The translations under genes and the position numbers were made by a program. From a virus, in the IMG/VR virus record IMGVR_UViG_3300016474_000052, positions 1 through 59,031 of that record: a DNA stretch of 59,031 nt; one strand, 5' to 3'. A model generated the notes under the pieces. The model was given only the letters and a program-made list of their open reading frames with translations, ran no database searches and was not told where the DNA came from. This document shows positions 1 to 8,901 of the stretch, piece by piece. Within the stretch, counting starts at the first letter, position 1; each line of letters begins with the position of its first letter.

Positions 1-228
1 AGCCTTGCGGTTGGCCGTGGCGAGAAGCTTCCGGTCTCTCAAGGCGCGGGTCTTACCGCCAAGGGCCGAGAGAAGTACAACCGAGAAACAGGATCAAACC
101 TAAAGGCTCCACAGCCCGAAGGAGGCGCTAGGAAGCGCTCTTTCTGCGCCAGGATGCAAGGGGTCGTTGATAATGCTAAAGGCCCTGCAGAACGCGCTAA
201 AGCGTCTTTGCGGCGCTGGAAATGCTAA
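1..228 (+). CDS. C-terminal part of a wrap-around CDS (continues from 58839..59031 across the circular junction); small conserved phage protein
   Basis: Frame 1 is open from nt 1 to TAA 226-228. It joins in frame with 58839..59031 through the 22-nt overlap, giving 132 aa in total. Contains ..NLKAPQPEGGARKRSFCARM.., a motif I recall from small phage/giant-virus proteins. Confidence 0.6.
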   Translation, partial: SLAVGRGEKLPVSQGAGLTAKGREKYNRETGSNLKAPQPEGGARKRSFCARMQGVVDNAKGPAERAKASLRRWKC

Positions 229-237
229 GGGGTAGAG

Positions 238-1287
238 ATGACCACATCGGGGACGGTAGGCCAGACAGTCATTACGACGCAAAGCCTCATCGATCACGGA
301 GCACGGCGAAGCGGTAAGGTCGCTGAAGAGCTAACGGTCGAGCAGGTTAACGCGTCCAAGCAGAACCTGTACTACCTGCTATCAAACCTCGCAAACCGCG
401 GGATTCAGTTCTGGTGCGTCGAGCAGACGATCATCGGCATGAAAGCCTTGCAGTACATCTACGACCTTCCCGTTGGGACCGTGGACGTGCGCAATGTGCT
501 TTACAGAAAGACGATGAGACCCTCGGGTTCCTATACCTCTTCTGCTGGCGGAACGGTTTCTAATGCCTTTGATGAGAACACCGAGACCATTTGTACGCAG
601 ACTTCCCCGGGCGGGAACATTGCTATTCAGTACACAGGCGATACCTACGTCACGATGGTAGGCCTTCTGCCTGGAGCCACCTCGACGGTTAACCTGATCA
701 TCGAGTATTCGGTCAATGGATCGACCTGGAGTACGCTTAAGAACCCTGGCTCGACACTCCTGGTAGATAACGAGTGGACATGGTTCACGATTGAGCCTGG
801 GGTATCGGTCCCATACTATCGAGTGAGAGCCGTTTCGGGCACTCTGGTTATGCGTGAGGTCTACTTTGGGACCACTGTCACGGATATTCCGATGGCAAGG
901 CTCAACCAAGACGACTACACGAACCTGCCGAACCGTAACTTTCCAAGCAATCAGCCCCTGCAGTTCTGGTTTGACCGCAAATTAGACCCTCAGATCTACT
1001 TGTGGCCGGTCCCAAACAACAGTTTTGTGCAGATGGTCTGCTGGAGACAGCGCCAGATCGAGGATGTAGGCGCCTTAAAGGACTCTATTGAGGTTCCCCA
1101 GCGCTGGTTTCCGGCCATTCAGGCCATGCTTGCCCATGCAATGAGCCTTGAGCTTCCTGACGTGCAGGAAAACCGCATCCTTTTGCTTGAAAAGTACGCT
1201 GAGAAGGCCCTTTATGACGCTGAGCAGGAAGAGCGCGACAGGTCGCCCGTGTACTTTGCACCGAACATATCGTACTATTCACGATAA
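238..1287 (+). CDS. head-to-tail adaptor-like virion protein (T7 gp11-like termini with an inserted middle domain)
   Basis: 349 aa. N-terminal ..NLANRGIQFWCVEQT.. and C-terminal ..LQFWFDRK..IYLWPVP..PQRWFPAIQAMLAHAMSLEL..EQEERD pattern resembles podovirus adaptor proteins. Lies downstream of the capsid module. Function is from recalled pattern only. Confidence 0.5.
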   Translation: MTTSGTVGQTVITTQSLIDHGARRSGKVAEELTVEQVNASKQNLYYLLSNLANRGIQFWCVEQTIIGMKALQYIYDLPVGTVDVRNVLYRKTMRPSGSYTSSAGGTVSNAFDENTETICTQTSPGGNIAIQYTGDTYVTMVGLLPGATSTVNLIIEYSVNGSTWSTLKNPGSTLLVDNEWTWFTIEPGVSVPYYRVRAVSGTLVMREVYFGTTVTDIPMARLNQDDYTNLPNRNFPSNQPLQFWFDRKLDPQIYLWPVPNNSFVQMVCWRQRQIEDVGALKDSIEVPQRWFPAIQAMLAHAMSLELPDVQENRILLLEKYAEKALYDAEQEERDRSPVYFAPNISYYSR

Positions 1288-1292
1288 CGATC

Positions 1293-1892
1293 ATGAGTTT
1301 GCTATCCGGTTTTCATAAACACCATATAGTCCCGCGATACAGGGGTGGCGATAATTCGCCCGAAAACCTTGTGCTTTTGCACCCAATCGATCACGCTATT
1401 ACGCACTTGGTTCGCTTTAAGATATTTGGTCACCCTGCAGATGGATGGGCTTACAATCGCCTCATAAATGGCTTGAAGGACGAGCTTTTTCCAAATTTGA
1501 AAGGCGTGGCGAGGCCTTACATGAAAAAGCCTAAAACGCCAGAAATAAAAGCCAAAATGTCTGCATCGGCCAAGGGTAAGCCAAAGACCGCGGAGGCCAT
1601 AGAAAAGATGCGCAAGGCGCTTACTGGAAGGCCTGCCACGGAACTTCAACTTTCATGTCTTGCTCTTGGAAGAAGTCGGCCGGATGGTTATGTCAGCCCA
1701 TTAAAGGGGCAAAAAAGAGAGACGCCCTGGATGCTGGGCAGAGTTCCGGCTAACAAAGGCAAGAAAGCTTCGGATGAGTTAAAACAGCGCCTTTCAGATA
1801 TTAGAAAAGGTCGCAAGCAAACACCCGAACAAATTGCCAAACGCGTTGCTTCGCGTCGCGCAACTCTTGCATCGCAGGGTAGAGCCCGATAA
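1293..1892 (+). CDS. HNH homing endonuclease with NUMOD3-like DNA-binding repeats
   Basis: HKHHIVPRYRGGDNSPENLVLLHPIDHAITH is a classical H-N-H core. Followed by repeated K-G-K/R-x-x-S/T-x-E-x-x-x-K-x motifs (KGKPKTAEAIEKMRKAL, KGKKASDELKQRLSDIRKGRKQTPEQIAKR). Confidence 0.85.
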   Translation: MSLLSGFHKHHIVPRYRGGDNSPENLVLLHPIDHAITHLVRFKIFGHPADGWAYNRLINGLKDELFPNLKGVARPYMKKPKTPEIKAKMSASAKGKPKTAEAIEKMRKALTGRPATELQLSCLALGRSRPDGYVSPLKGQKRETPWMLGRVPANKGKKASDELKQRLSDIRKGRKQTPEQIAKRVASRRATLASQGRAR

Positions 1893-2221
1893 TGCCTAGA
1901 TTCCTTGACACTCATGGCAACACGGTCCTGTCGATCGCTATATGCGGTCGCTGCAGCATGAAGAGGGCTTATGTGCAGCTTTCCTCGGACCCGAATTACC
2001 CTGGGCTGATGGTTTGCGACCAAGGGTGCAAGGATCAGTACGACCCCTATCGATTGCCTGCTCGGCAAACTGAGCGCATTACGCTGCGTTTCCCGCGTCC
2101 TGATACGCCGCTCGAGGTTACGCACGATGCGCTGATTACAAATCCGTATAACACGTCTATCATCTCGCCTGAGCAGGGCCATGTCCCTGTGAACGGCAAC
2201 ATCGACGGCCTGGAAGACTGA
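1892..2221 (+). CDS. hypothetical virion-module protein (Cys-rich)
   Basis: 109-aa ORF with a TAATG junction to the upstream gene. Has CGRC..CDQGC cysteine pairs. No family recognised. Confidence 0.55.
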   Translation: MPRFLDTHGNTVLSIAICGRCSMKRAYVQLSSDPNYPGLMVCDQGCKDQYDPYRLPARQTERITLRFPRPDTPLEVTHDALITNPYNTSIISPEQGHVPVNGNIDGLED

Positions 2222-2222
2222 T

Positions 2223-4763
2223 ATGCCTAATCTGCGAATTACGGAACTACCCAACGCAGCCGCGCTAACCGGCAACGAGTCGGTGCCTATCAGTCAAAAC
2301 GGTACGACCGTACAAACCACTACTGGGGCAATCGCTGCCGTCCCCATTCTGAATTTCACCTTCCTGACGGCCACACAGCAAGCAGGCCTTGCTAACAGCC
2401 GTTATCTGCAGGTTGGTTCAGGCCTATCGCTTACCGATAGTGGCGCACAGAACCCGCTGACAATCAACCTAGCAGGGGTCCTGGCTGCCTTTGTTGCGGC
2501 ATCAGACGGCATCATTGTTAAGAACGGCACGACAGTCTTAAGCCGCTCTGTAGCCGTCTCTGGCAATGGCTTATCAATTACTAACGCTGATGGCGTTGCA
2601 GGCAATCCAACCCTGTCAGTGACAGGCTTCTTGCTGAACGTCGCAAACCTTACCTCAGGCGCCGGCTTAATCGGAAGAGACCTCGCAGGCGGGGCTCAAC
2701 TCCTCACGATTACAGGCACCGCTAACCAGATCGCTGTCACGAATGGAAACGGCAATGCGGGCAACCCAACGATTAGTCTTGCCTCTAACCCCGTGCTCCC
2801 CGGTGTTGCCGGCGTGGTCGTCCCTTCAGGAACCACCGCGGAACGTGCTGTATCAGCAACAAACGGAACAATCCGCTACAACACGACAAGCAACGTCTTT
2901 GAAGGCTACTCAAACGGCCTTTGGGGACCTCTTGTCGCAGGCGCAGGAACAGGCACAGTCACGTCGGTTAACGTCTCTGGAGGCACCACAGGACTGACCT
3001 TCACGGGCGGTCCGATCATCTCTAACGGCACCATCACGATGGGTGGGTCCTTAGAGGTCGGCTATGGCGGTACGGGCACGACATCGACTCCCACGAATGG
3101 CCAGATCCTGATCGGTAACTCGGCAGGCAATTACACGGTCGCTAACATCACGGCCGGCACGAACATCGCAATCACAAACACCTCAGGCGGGATCACGATC
3201 TCTGCGACTGCAGGTGCTGGTACGGTTACCGCGGTTAACGCTACGGCGCCATTGGCTTCTAGTGGCGGCACGACGCCTACCATCTCAATCTCTGGCGCTG
3301 TACCTATCGCTAACGGTGGTACTGGCCAGACAACAGCATCGTCTGCCTTCAATGCGCTCTCGCCCATCATTGCCAAGGGCGACATCATCGTTGGTGACGG
3401 CGTTAACTCATCTAACCGTCTTGCTGTCGGCACAAACGGCTATGTCTTAACAGCCGACTCATCGACCGCCACAGGCGTTAAATGGGCCGTAGCAGCCTCC
3501 GGGATGGTCTACCCTGGCGCTGGTATTCCCAACTCCACGGGAAGCGCCTGGGGCACGTCCTACTCGACGACAGGCTCGGGTAATGTCGTTCTCAGTACCT
3601 CGCCTGTTTTGGTTGCGCCAGACCTTGGAACGCCTACAGTCATCTCCTTGGTTAATGCGACAGGCCTGCCGCTTTCCACGGGTGTTACGGGAACTTTGGC
3701 GATCGCCAGAGGCGGTACGGGCAGTTCAACCGCACCTACAAGTGGTCAGCTTTTAATCGGTAACGCTTCGGGAGGCTTCTCCCTGGCCACGATTACTGCA
3801 GGCACCAACGTTACGGTCACCAACGGAAATGGCACGATTACGATCTCTGCCACCGCCGGTGGCGCAGGCGTCAGCGCCGTTACTGCAACCGCTCCTCTTG
3901 CATCTTCGGGTGGTGGTACACCAGACATCAGCCTGACAGGCATTGTTCCGATCGCTAATGGTGGAACGGGCGCTTCTTCCACGTCAGGGAACTTCATCTT
4001 CGCCGGACCTAATGGAACCTCAGGTGCGCCAAGCTTCAGGGCCATGCTGGCGGCCGATGTCCCAACGCTTAACCAAAACACGACCGGCTCTGCCGGCTCT
4101 GTTGTTAACGCACTGACGATCAACAACTCGGGATCTGGCTCGGCATCGGGCGCGACCTTTAATGGCTCTTCTGCTGTCACGATCTCCTACAACTCGATTG
4201 GCGCTCCTTCTGCTACTGGTTTAGGCGCATCGGGAACCTGGGCTATTTCGATTTCTGGCAACGCCAATACGGCCTCTACGGCGACTTCTGCAGGCAGTGT
4301 GACCAACTCAGTCACCTTCTCGAATTCTGGCTCCGGAGACGTGTCTGGAACGACTTTTAACGGCTCTGCTGCCAGGACGATCTCTTACAACACACTCGGT
4401 GCGCCATCGGCTACAGGCTCAGGAGCCTCGGGCACTTGGGGCATATCGGTATCGGGTAACGCTGCGACGGTAACGGACGGTGTCTATACGACTGGAACGT
4501 ATACCAATCCAAGCTGGATTAGTTCGCTTGCAGCATCTAAAATCACGGGTACCTTAGGTATCGCAAACGGCGGCACCGGTAGCTCAGCGACACCAACAAA
4601 TGGACAGCTTTTAATCGGAAATGGCACAGGGTTCGCATTAGCAACACTAACGGCAGGTGCCAATATTGCAATTACAAATACTGCAGGAGGTATCCAGATT
4701 GATGCTTCAGGCGGTGGTGGCGGCGGCGGCGCTGGTAATGCTTACGCTTGGTTCCTTTGCTAA
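2223..4763 (+). CDS. tail fibre protein (long, repeat-rich)
   Basis: 846 aa. N-terminal I-T-E-L-P-x-A-x-x-L-T-G-x-E-x-V-P motif typical of phage fibres. Three copies of the (I/V)ANGGTG..PTxGQLLIGN..ATxTAGxN(I/V)x(I/V)TN module. Gly/Ser/Thr-rich. Confidence 0.8.
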   Translation: MPNLRITELPNAAALTGNESVPISQNGTTVQTTTGAIAAVPILNFTFLTATQQAGLANSRYLQVGSGLSLTDSGAQNPLTINLAGVLAAFVAASDGIIVKNGTTVLSRSVAVSGNGLSITNADGVAGNPTLSVTGFLLNVANLTSGAGLIGRDLAGGAQLLTITGTANQIAVTNGNGNAGNPTISLASNPVLPGVAGVVVPSGTTAERAVSATNGTIRYNTTSNVFEGYSNGLWGPLVAGAGTGTVTSVNVSGGTTGLTFTGGPIISNGTITMGGSLEVGYGGTGTTSTPTNGQILIGNSAGNYTVANITAGTNIAITNTSGGITISATAGAGTVTAVNATAPLASSGGTTPTISISGAVPIANGGTGQTTASSAFNALSPIIAKGDIIVGDGVNSSNRLAVGTNGYVLTADSSTATGVKWAVAASGMVYPGAGIPNSTGSAWGTSYSTTGSGNVVLSTSPVLVAPDLGTPTVISLVNATGLPLSTGVTGTLAIARGGTGSSTAPTSGQLLIGNASGGFSLATITAGTNVTVTNGNGTITISATAGGAGVSAVTATAPLASSGGGTPDISLTGIVPIANGGTGASSTSGNFIFAGPNGTSGAPSFRAMLAADVPTLNQNTTGSAGSVVNALTINNSGSGSASGATFNGSSAVTISYNSIGAPSATGLGASGTWAISISGNANTASTATSAGSVTNSVTFSNSGSGDVSGTTFNGSAARTISYNTLGAPSATGSGASGTWGISVSGNAATVTDGVYTTGTYTNPSWISSLAASKITGTLGIANGGTGSSATPTNGQLLIGNGTGFALATLTAGANIAITNTAGGIQIDASGGGGGGGAGNAYAWFLC
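4089..4472 (+). repeat. in-frame tandem duplication (two 62-aa units, period 66 aa) inside the 846-aa fibre gene
   Basis: SAGSVVNALTINNSGSGSASGATFNGSSAVTISYNSIGAPSATGLGASGTWAISISGNANTA versus SAGSVTNSVTFSNSGSGDVSGTTFNGSAARTISYNTLGAPSATGSGASGTWGISVSGNAATV. Confidence 0.8.
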
Positions 4764-4772
4764 GAGGCGAAC

Positions 4773-5942
4773 ATGACAACTCTTGTTCTTGACAGCACCC
4801 TAAAAACCATCAAGGTCAATATGGCCGGGTTGGCCACGACGACCAATCCGGACTTCACGGCTTCTTACGCTGACAACAATGGCGTGGTCTTCGCTGAAGG
4901 CGCAAACGATGGCGTCCTGAATGGCACGACTGATGTCACGGTTGTCGCGGCTCCTGCCTCTGGTTATCGACGGATCATCAAAAAGATCACGATCGAGAAC
5001 AAGGACACAGTCGCTAATACTGTCATTGTTAAGTACGACAACAACGGCACACAGCGGACGATCGCTCGAGTCACCCTGAATCCGAACGACACCTGGAGCC
5101 TTGAAGGCACGTTTGACAGCTTCGGCTCACTCAAGCAGACCCTAGGCGCGGTCAACGTCTCTACGGCAACTGGGACGCTCCCTGTGGCCAATGGCGGCAC
5201 TGGAGCAACTTCTCTGACGGCTAACAACGTTATTCTTGGTAACGGAACGGCAGCCGTTCAATTAGTTGCGCCAGGAACTCCCGGGAACGTCTTAACGTCT
5301 AACGGCACGACTTGGCAGAGCACTGCGCCAGCTTCATCCTTATCAAGCATTACGTTTGGCACCACAGGCTTAACGCCATCAACGCCCACTTCTGGCGCTG
5401 TTACGGTAGCAGGAACGCTTGCAGTCTCTAATGGTGGCACAGGGCTTACAGCGGGTAACTCAGGTGGTATTCCTTACTTCTCCGGAAGTTCGTCGATTGC
5501 AAGCTCTGCAGCCCTTACGCTTAACGCCCTTATGGTCGGTGGTGGAGCGGGAGCAGCGCCTTCGACAGTAACAACAGGGACCGGCGTCGTTACAGCCCTT
5601 GGCGTGAACGTAGGCACTGCAGGCGCATTTGTCGTCAATGGCGGCGCCTTGGGAACGCCCTCGGGCGGCACGCTAACCAATGCGACAGGTCTTCCACTGA
5701 CGACAGGGGTAACGGGCACACTAGCCTTTGGCAACGGCGGTACAGGGCAGACCAGCTATACAAATGGCCAACTGCTGATCGGTAACACCGCCACAGGGGG
5801 CTTGAGCAAGGCAACACTTACTGCAGGAACAAACATCACCATCACGAATGGTAATGGCACGATCACGATTGATGCAGCAGGTGGCGGCGGTGGCATTACA
5901 ACGGGCAAAGCAATCGCTATGTCGCTTATTTTCGGGTTCTAA
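4773..5942 (+). CDS. tail fibre-like protein sharing the C-terminal module of the 846-aa fibre
   Basis: 389 aa. Has four (A/S/G)NGGTG collar motifs. The C-terminal NGQLLIGN..ATLTAGTNITITNGNGTITIDAAGGGGG module parallels 4554-4760. Confidence 0.7.
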   Translation: MTTLVLDSTLKTIKVNMAGLATTTNPDFTASYADNNGVVFAEGANDGVLNGTTDVTVVAAPASGYRRIIKKITIENKDTVANTVIVKYDNNGTQRTIARVTLNPNDTWSLEGTFDSFGSLKQTLGAVNVSTATGTLPVANGGTGATSLTANNVILGNGTAAVQLVAPGTPGNVLTSNGTTWQSTAPASSLSSITFGTTGLTPSTPTSGAVTVAGTLAVSNGGTGLTAGNSGGIPYFSGSSSIASSAALTLNALMVGGGAGAAPSTVTTGTGVVTALGVNVGTAGAFVVNGGALGTPSGGTLTNATGLPLTTGVTGTLAFGNGGTGQTSYTNGQLLIGNTATGGLSKATLTAGTNITITNGNGTITIDAAGGGGGITTGKAIAMSLIFGF

Positions 5943-5951
5943 GGAAAAATC

Positions 5952-6323
5952 ATGGCATCTCCAAATATCGTTAACGTTACCTCGATTGTTGGTAATACCA
6001 GCTATCTGATACCAGCGAACACGACGGCTAACACTTGGACCGCGCTGACACCGGCAACTAACACGGTTAATCGCGTTGATTTCATCACGGCATCTAACGT
6101 GACGACATCAGCGGCGACAATCACAGTGTCGGTTAACTCTGCAATCTCCGGTGGCGGCACGGCCTACAGGCTTGTGTATCAGGTTACAGTTCCAGCGGGA
6201 TCGACCCTGGTCGTGGTGGATAAAACCACGTCCCTTTACATCACGGACAGTCAGTCAGTCGTTGTGACCTCGGGAACCGCAAGCGCTATTGAGCTAGTCG
6301 CCTCTTACGAAGCCATTACCTAA
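5952..6323 (+). CDS. hypothetical small virion-module protein
   Basis: 123-aa ORF, tightly packed between fibre genes. Ser/Thr/Val-rich beta-like sequence. Confidence 0.55.
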   Translation: MASPNIVNVTSIVGNTSYLIPANTTANTWTALTPATNTVNRVDFITASNVTTSAATITVSVNSAISGGGTAYRLVYQVTVPAGSTLVVVDKTTSLYITDSQSVVVTSGTASAIELVASYEAIT

Positions 6324-6324
6324 C

Positions 6325-8898
6325 ATGCCAATCGACCGCAATACCGCCCAGTACATTACAGGCAACCCTCAGCAGCCCACGCAATCTTCTGCGCCGGGAA
6401 TCTGGGATATAGACGAGCAGGGCAGCGCTCAAGCTGCTGGCCGTTGGCCTTTGCCGCCTAATGTCGTACAGCGGAGCTTGAGGTTTAATAGTGCGGATAG
6501 TACAAATCTCACTAGAACCTTCACCGCAACTGGAGATCAGACGCGGTGGACTTGGAGTGGATGGGTAAAACGCAGTGCGCTTGGAGTAACCCAGGGATTG
6601 ATGTGGCGAAACAATCCGGGAGCCACCCCGCATGGCGGAATTCGGTTTGAAGGCAGCAACACTATTGTTGTTGGAACAGATAGGGGTGGGTCAAACTATT
6701 GGTTTTTTGGCACCACGGCTGTATTTAGAGATTTGTCAGCTTGGTATCACATCGTTGTTGTCCTGAATACATCCGAAGCAGTCCAAGCAGACCGTTGCAA
6801 AATATATGTAAATGGCATTCAACAAACAACAACAATTGGATCTGGAAATTCAACGCCATCGTTAAATGACACGATGGGTGGATTCAACTCTAATGTTCAG
6901 CACAACATTGGCGCTATGGACTCAACCGCCAATTCAAAATTTGATGGCTACATGGCCGAGGTCAACTTCATTGACGGCCAAGCCCTAACCCCATCATCGT
7001 TCGGCCAAACAGACGCACAAACAGGTCAGTGGATACCCCGAGTGTATTCGGGCAGTTACGGCACCACTGGCTTTAGGTTGCAGTTCCTTGATAACAGTGG
7101 AACGACTGCGACAACGCTTGGCAAAGACACATCGGGATTGGGTAATAACTGGACACCCAATAACTTCTCTGTAGCCGCAGGGACTGGTAATGACTCCTTG
7201 CGCGATGTGCCGATGAACTACTACAGCCCCGACAACGGCCTTGGTGGTGAGGTGATCGGGAATTACTGTACGCTGAATCCGTTGGCAGGAAGTACCACGG
7301 GGACCATAACTTATAGCAATGGAAACCTTGACTTTGTCCTTGATAGATCCGTTTCCAATCCGTGGGTAACCTCTACGTTTGCCATACCAACCTCGGGTAA
7401 ATGGTACTTTGAGGTGAGTCAAACTGCGGCGAACACGGGGACGACTCCATATGGATATGCTGGTTTAATTGATCTTGCTACGCTCCGTTCAAATGCAACG
7501 CCTACTGAAGTAAGGTCTTACATTTTTTCCAGCGGCAACAAAACAACAACATACGCAACATCAGGATCGGCGTATGGAAGTGCGGTTGCTTTGGGGGATG
7601 TTGTTGGCGCTGCTGTTGATATGGATGCAGGGACGATTGTCTTTTACAAAAACGGGGTGAGCCAAGGAACGGCATACACGGATCTTGTTACTTCCGGTAA
7701 AACCTGGGGGTTCAGCGCATTTTTGGGCGGCAATAATACAGGAACCTTTTGGGTCAACTTCGGCCAACGCCCATTTGCTTACGCCGCACCATCAGGATTC
7801 AAAGCCCTTTGTACGCAGAATTTATCGGCACCGAGAATCGGTAACGTCGCAGTAGCGCAGGCGAATGATTACTTCAATACTGTCATCTGGTCTGGCAATG
7901 GTTCTACGCAGTCTCCCACGATTGATTTTGCTCCTGATTTGGTTTGGGTCAAGAACAGATCGTCAAGCTGGTCTAACCTTCTATATGACACCTTGCGCGG
8001 ACCCAGTACGGGATCAACCAGCAAAGCTTTAAGCTCAAATGGAACTGATGCAGAAGGTGTCATTAACGACAATAGTACCTACGGCTATTTATCTGCTTTT
8101 AATTCCAATGGGTTTACGTTAACCGCAGGTTCTTATGTCGGCGCTGGGGGTTACACCAACACCTCTGGTCAAAACTATGTCGGCTGGTGCTGGAACGCTG
8201 GCGGCTCAACGGTTACCAATACATCCGGAACTATTACAAGCACAGTAAGAGCCAGTCAGACGGCTGGGTTCAGCGTAGTCCGATACACAGGCACGGGGTC
8301 GTCAGCTTCATTCGGTCACGGTCTTGGAGCGACACCACAGATAGTTATTATTAAATCCCTGGGAATAGAGGATTGGTTTTTTTATGCAGGCGGCATACTT
8401 GGAGGTTCTCCTCCTAATTATCTTAAGTTAAACACAACGTCAGCGGCAGGACCAAGTTCTAGTATTTTCCCGTCATTGGCAACATCTTCGGTCGTAAATA
8501 TAGGCGGCGGTTCCGGTGTTGGTGCAAACGGAGTCAATCATGTCGCCTACTGCTTCGCCGCAGTCCCAGGCTTCTCGGCTTTTGGTTCGTATACCGGCAA
8601 TGGCTCCACGGATGGTCCGTTTATTTACCTCGGGTTTAGACCGGCTTGGATCATGATAAAGCGTTCTGACGCCATAGAAAACTGGAACTTGTACGACAAT
8701 AAACGAACTCCTTACAATGTTGCGGACCTAGAGCTATATCCAAACCTTAGTAATAGTGAAGGAACTATTGCCGACAGAGATTTTTTGTCAAATGGTTTCA
8801 AAATCAGAAGCTCTAACGCAGGCAGAAATGCCAGTGGCGGCACCTACATCTACGCTGCCTTTGCAGAAATTCCCTTCCAGTTCGCTAACGCCAGATAA
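6325..8898 (+). CDS. fibre/receptor-binding-type protein with LamG (ConA-like) and SPRY domains
   Basis: 857 aa. LamG-like WYHIVVVLN..CKIYVNGIQQ..FDGYMAEVNFIDGQAL. SPRY signature SGKWYFEV..GYAGL..GDVVGAAVDMDAGTIVFYKNGVSQG..WVNFGQRPFAY. Confidence 0.7.
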   Translation: MPIDRNTAQYITGNPQQPTQSSAPGIWDIDEQGSAQAAGRWPLPPNVVQRSLRFNSADSTNLTRTFTATGDQTRWTWSGWVKRSALGVTQGLMWRNNPGATPHGGIRFEGSNTIVVGTDRGGSNYWFFGTTAVFRDLSAWYHIVVVLNTSEAVQADRCKIYVNGIQQTTTIGSGNSTPSLNDTMGGFNSNVQHNIGAMDSTANSKFDGYMAEVNFIDGQALTPSSFGQTDAQTGQWIPRVYSGSYGTTGFRLQFLDNSGTTATTLGKDTSGLGNNWTPNNFSVAAGTGNDSLRDVPMNYYSPDNGLGGEVIGNYCTLNPLAGSTTGTITYSNGNLDFVLDRSVSNPWVTSTFAIPTSGKWYFEVSQTAANTGTTPYGYAGLIDLATLRSNATPTEVRSYIFSSGNKTTTYATSGSAYGSAVALGDVVGAAVDMDAGTIVFYKNGVSQGTAYTDLVTSGKTWGFSAFLGGNNTGTFWVNFGQRPFAYAAPSGFKALCTQNLSAPRIGNVAVAQANDYFNTVIWSGNGSTQSPTIDFAPDLVWVKNRSSSWSNLLYDTLRGPSTGSTSKALSSNGTDAEGVINDNSTYGYLSAFNSNGFTLTAGSYVGAGGYTNTSGQNYVGWCWNAGGSTVTNTSGTITSTVRASQTAGFSVVRYTGTGSSASFGHGLGATPQIVIIKSLGIEDWFFYAGGILGGSPPNYLKLNTTSAAGPSSSIFPSLATSSVVNIGGGSGVGANGVNHVAYCFAAVPGFSAFGSYTGNGSTDGPFIYLGFRPAWIMIKRSDAIENWNLYDNKRTPYNVADLELYPNLSNSEGTIADRDFLSNGFKIRSSNAGRNASGGTYIYAAFAEIPFQFANAR

Positions 8899-8901
8899 GT
8901 C

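Noticed and set aside
382-909. Numerous 60-190-aa antisense or off-frame ORFs inside long genes (for example 382..909, 1688..2275, 3746..4180, 6994..7422, 41807..42358, 51538..52038, 52351..52875, 55132..55686, 57162..57737)
   Set aside because: Each is fully nested in a longer, motif-supported CDS on the other strand or frame. Their compositions (Arg/Ser/Pro/Cys-rich) are typical of non-coding frames in GC-rich DNA.
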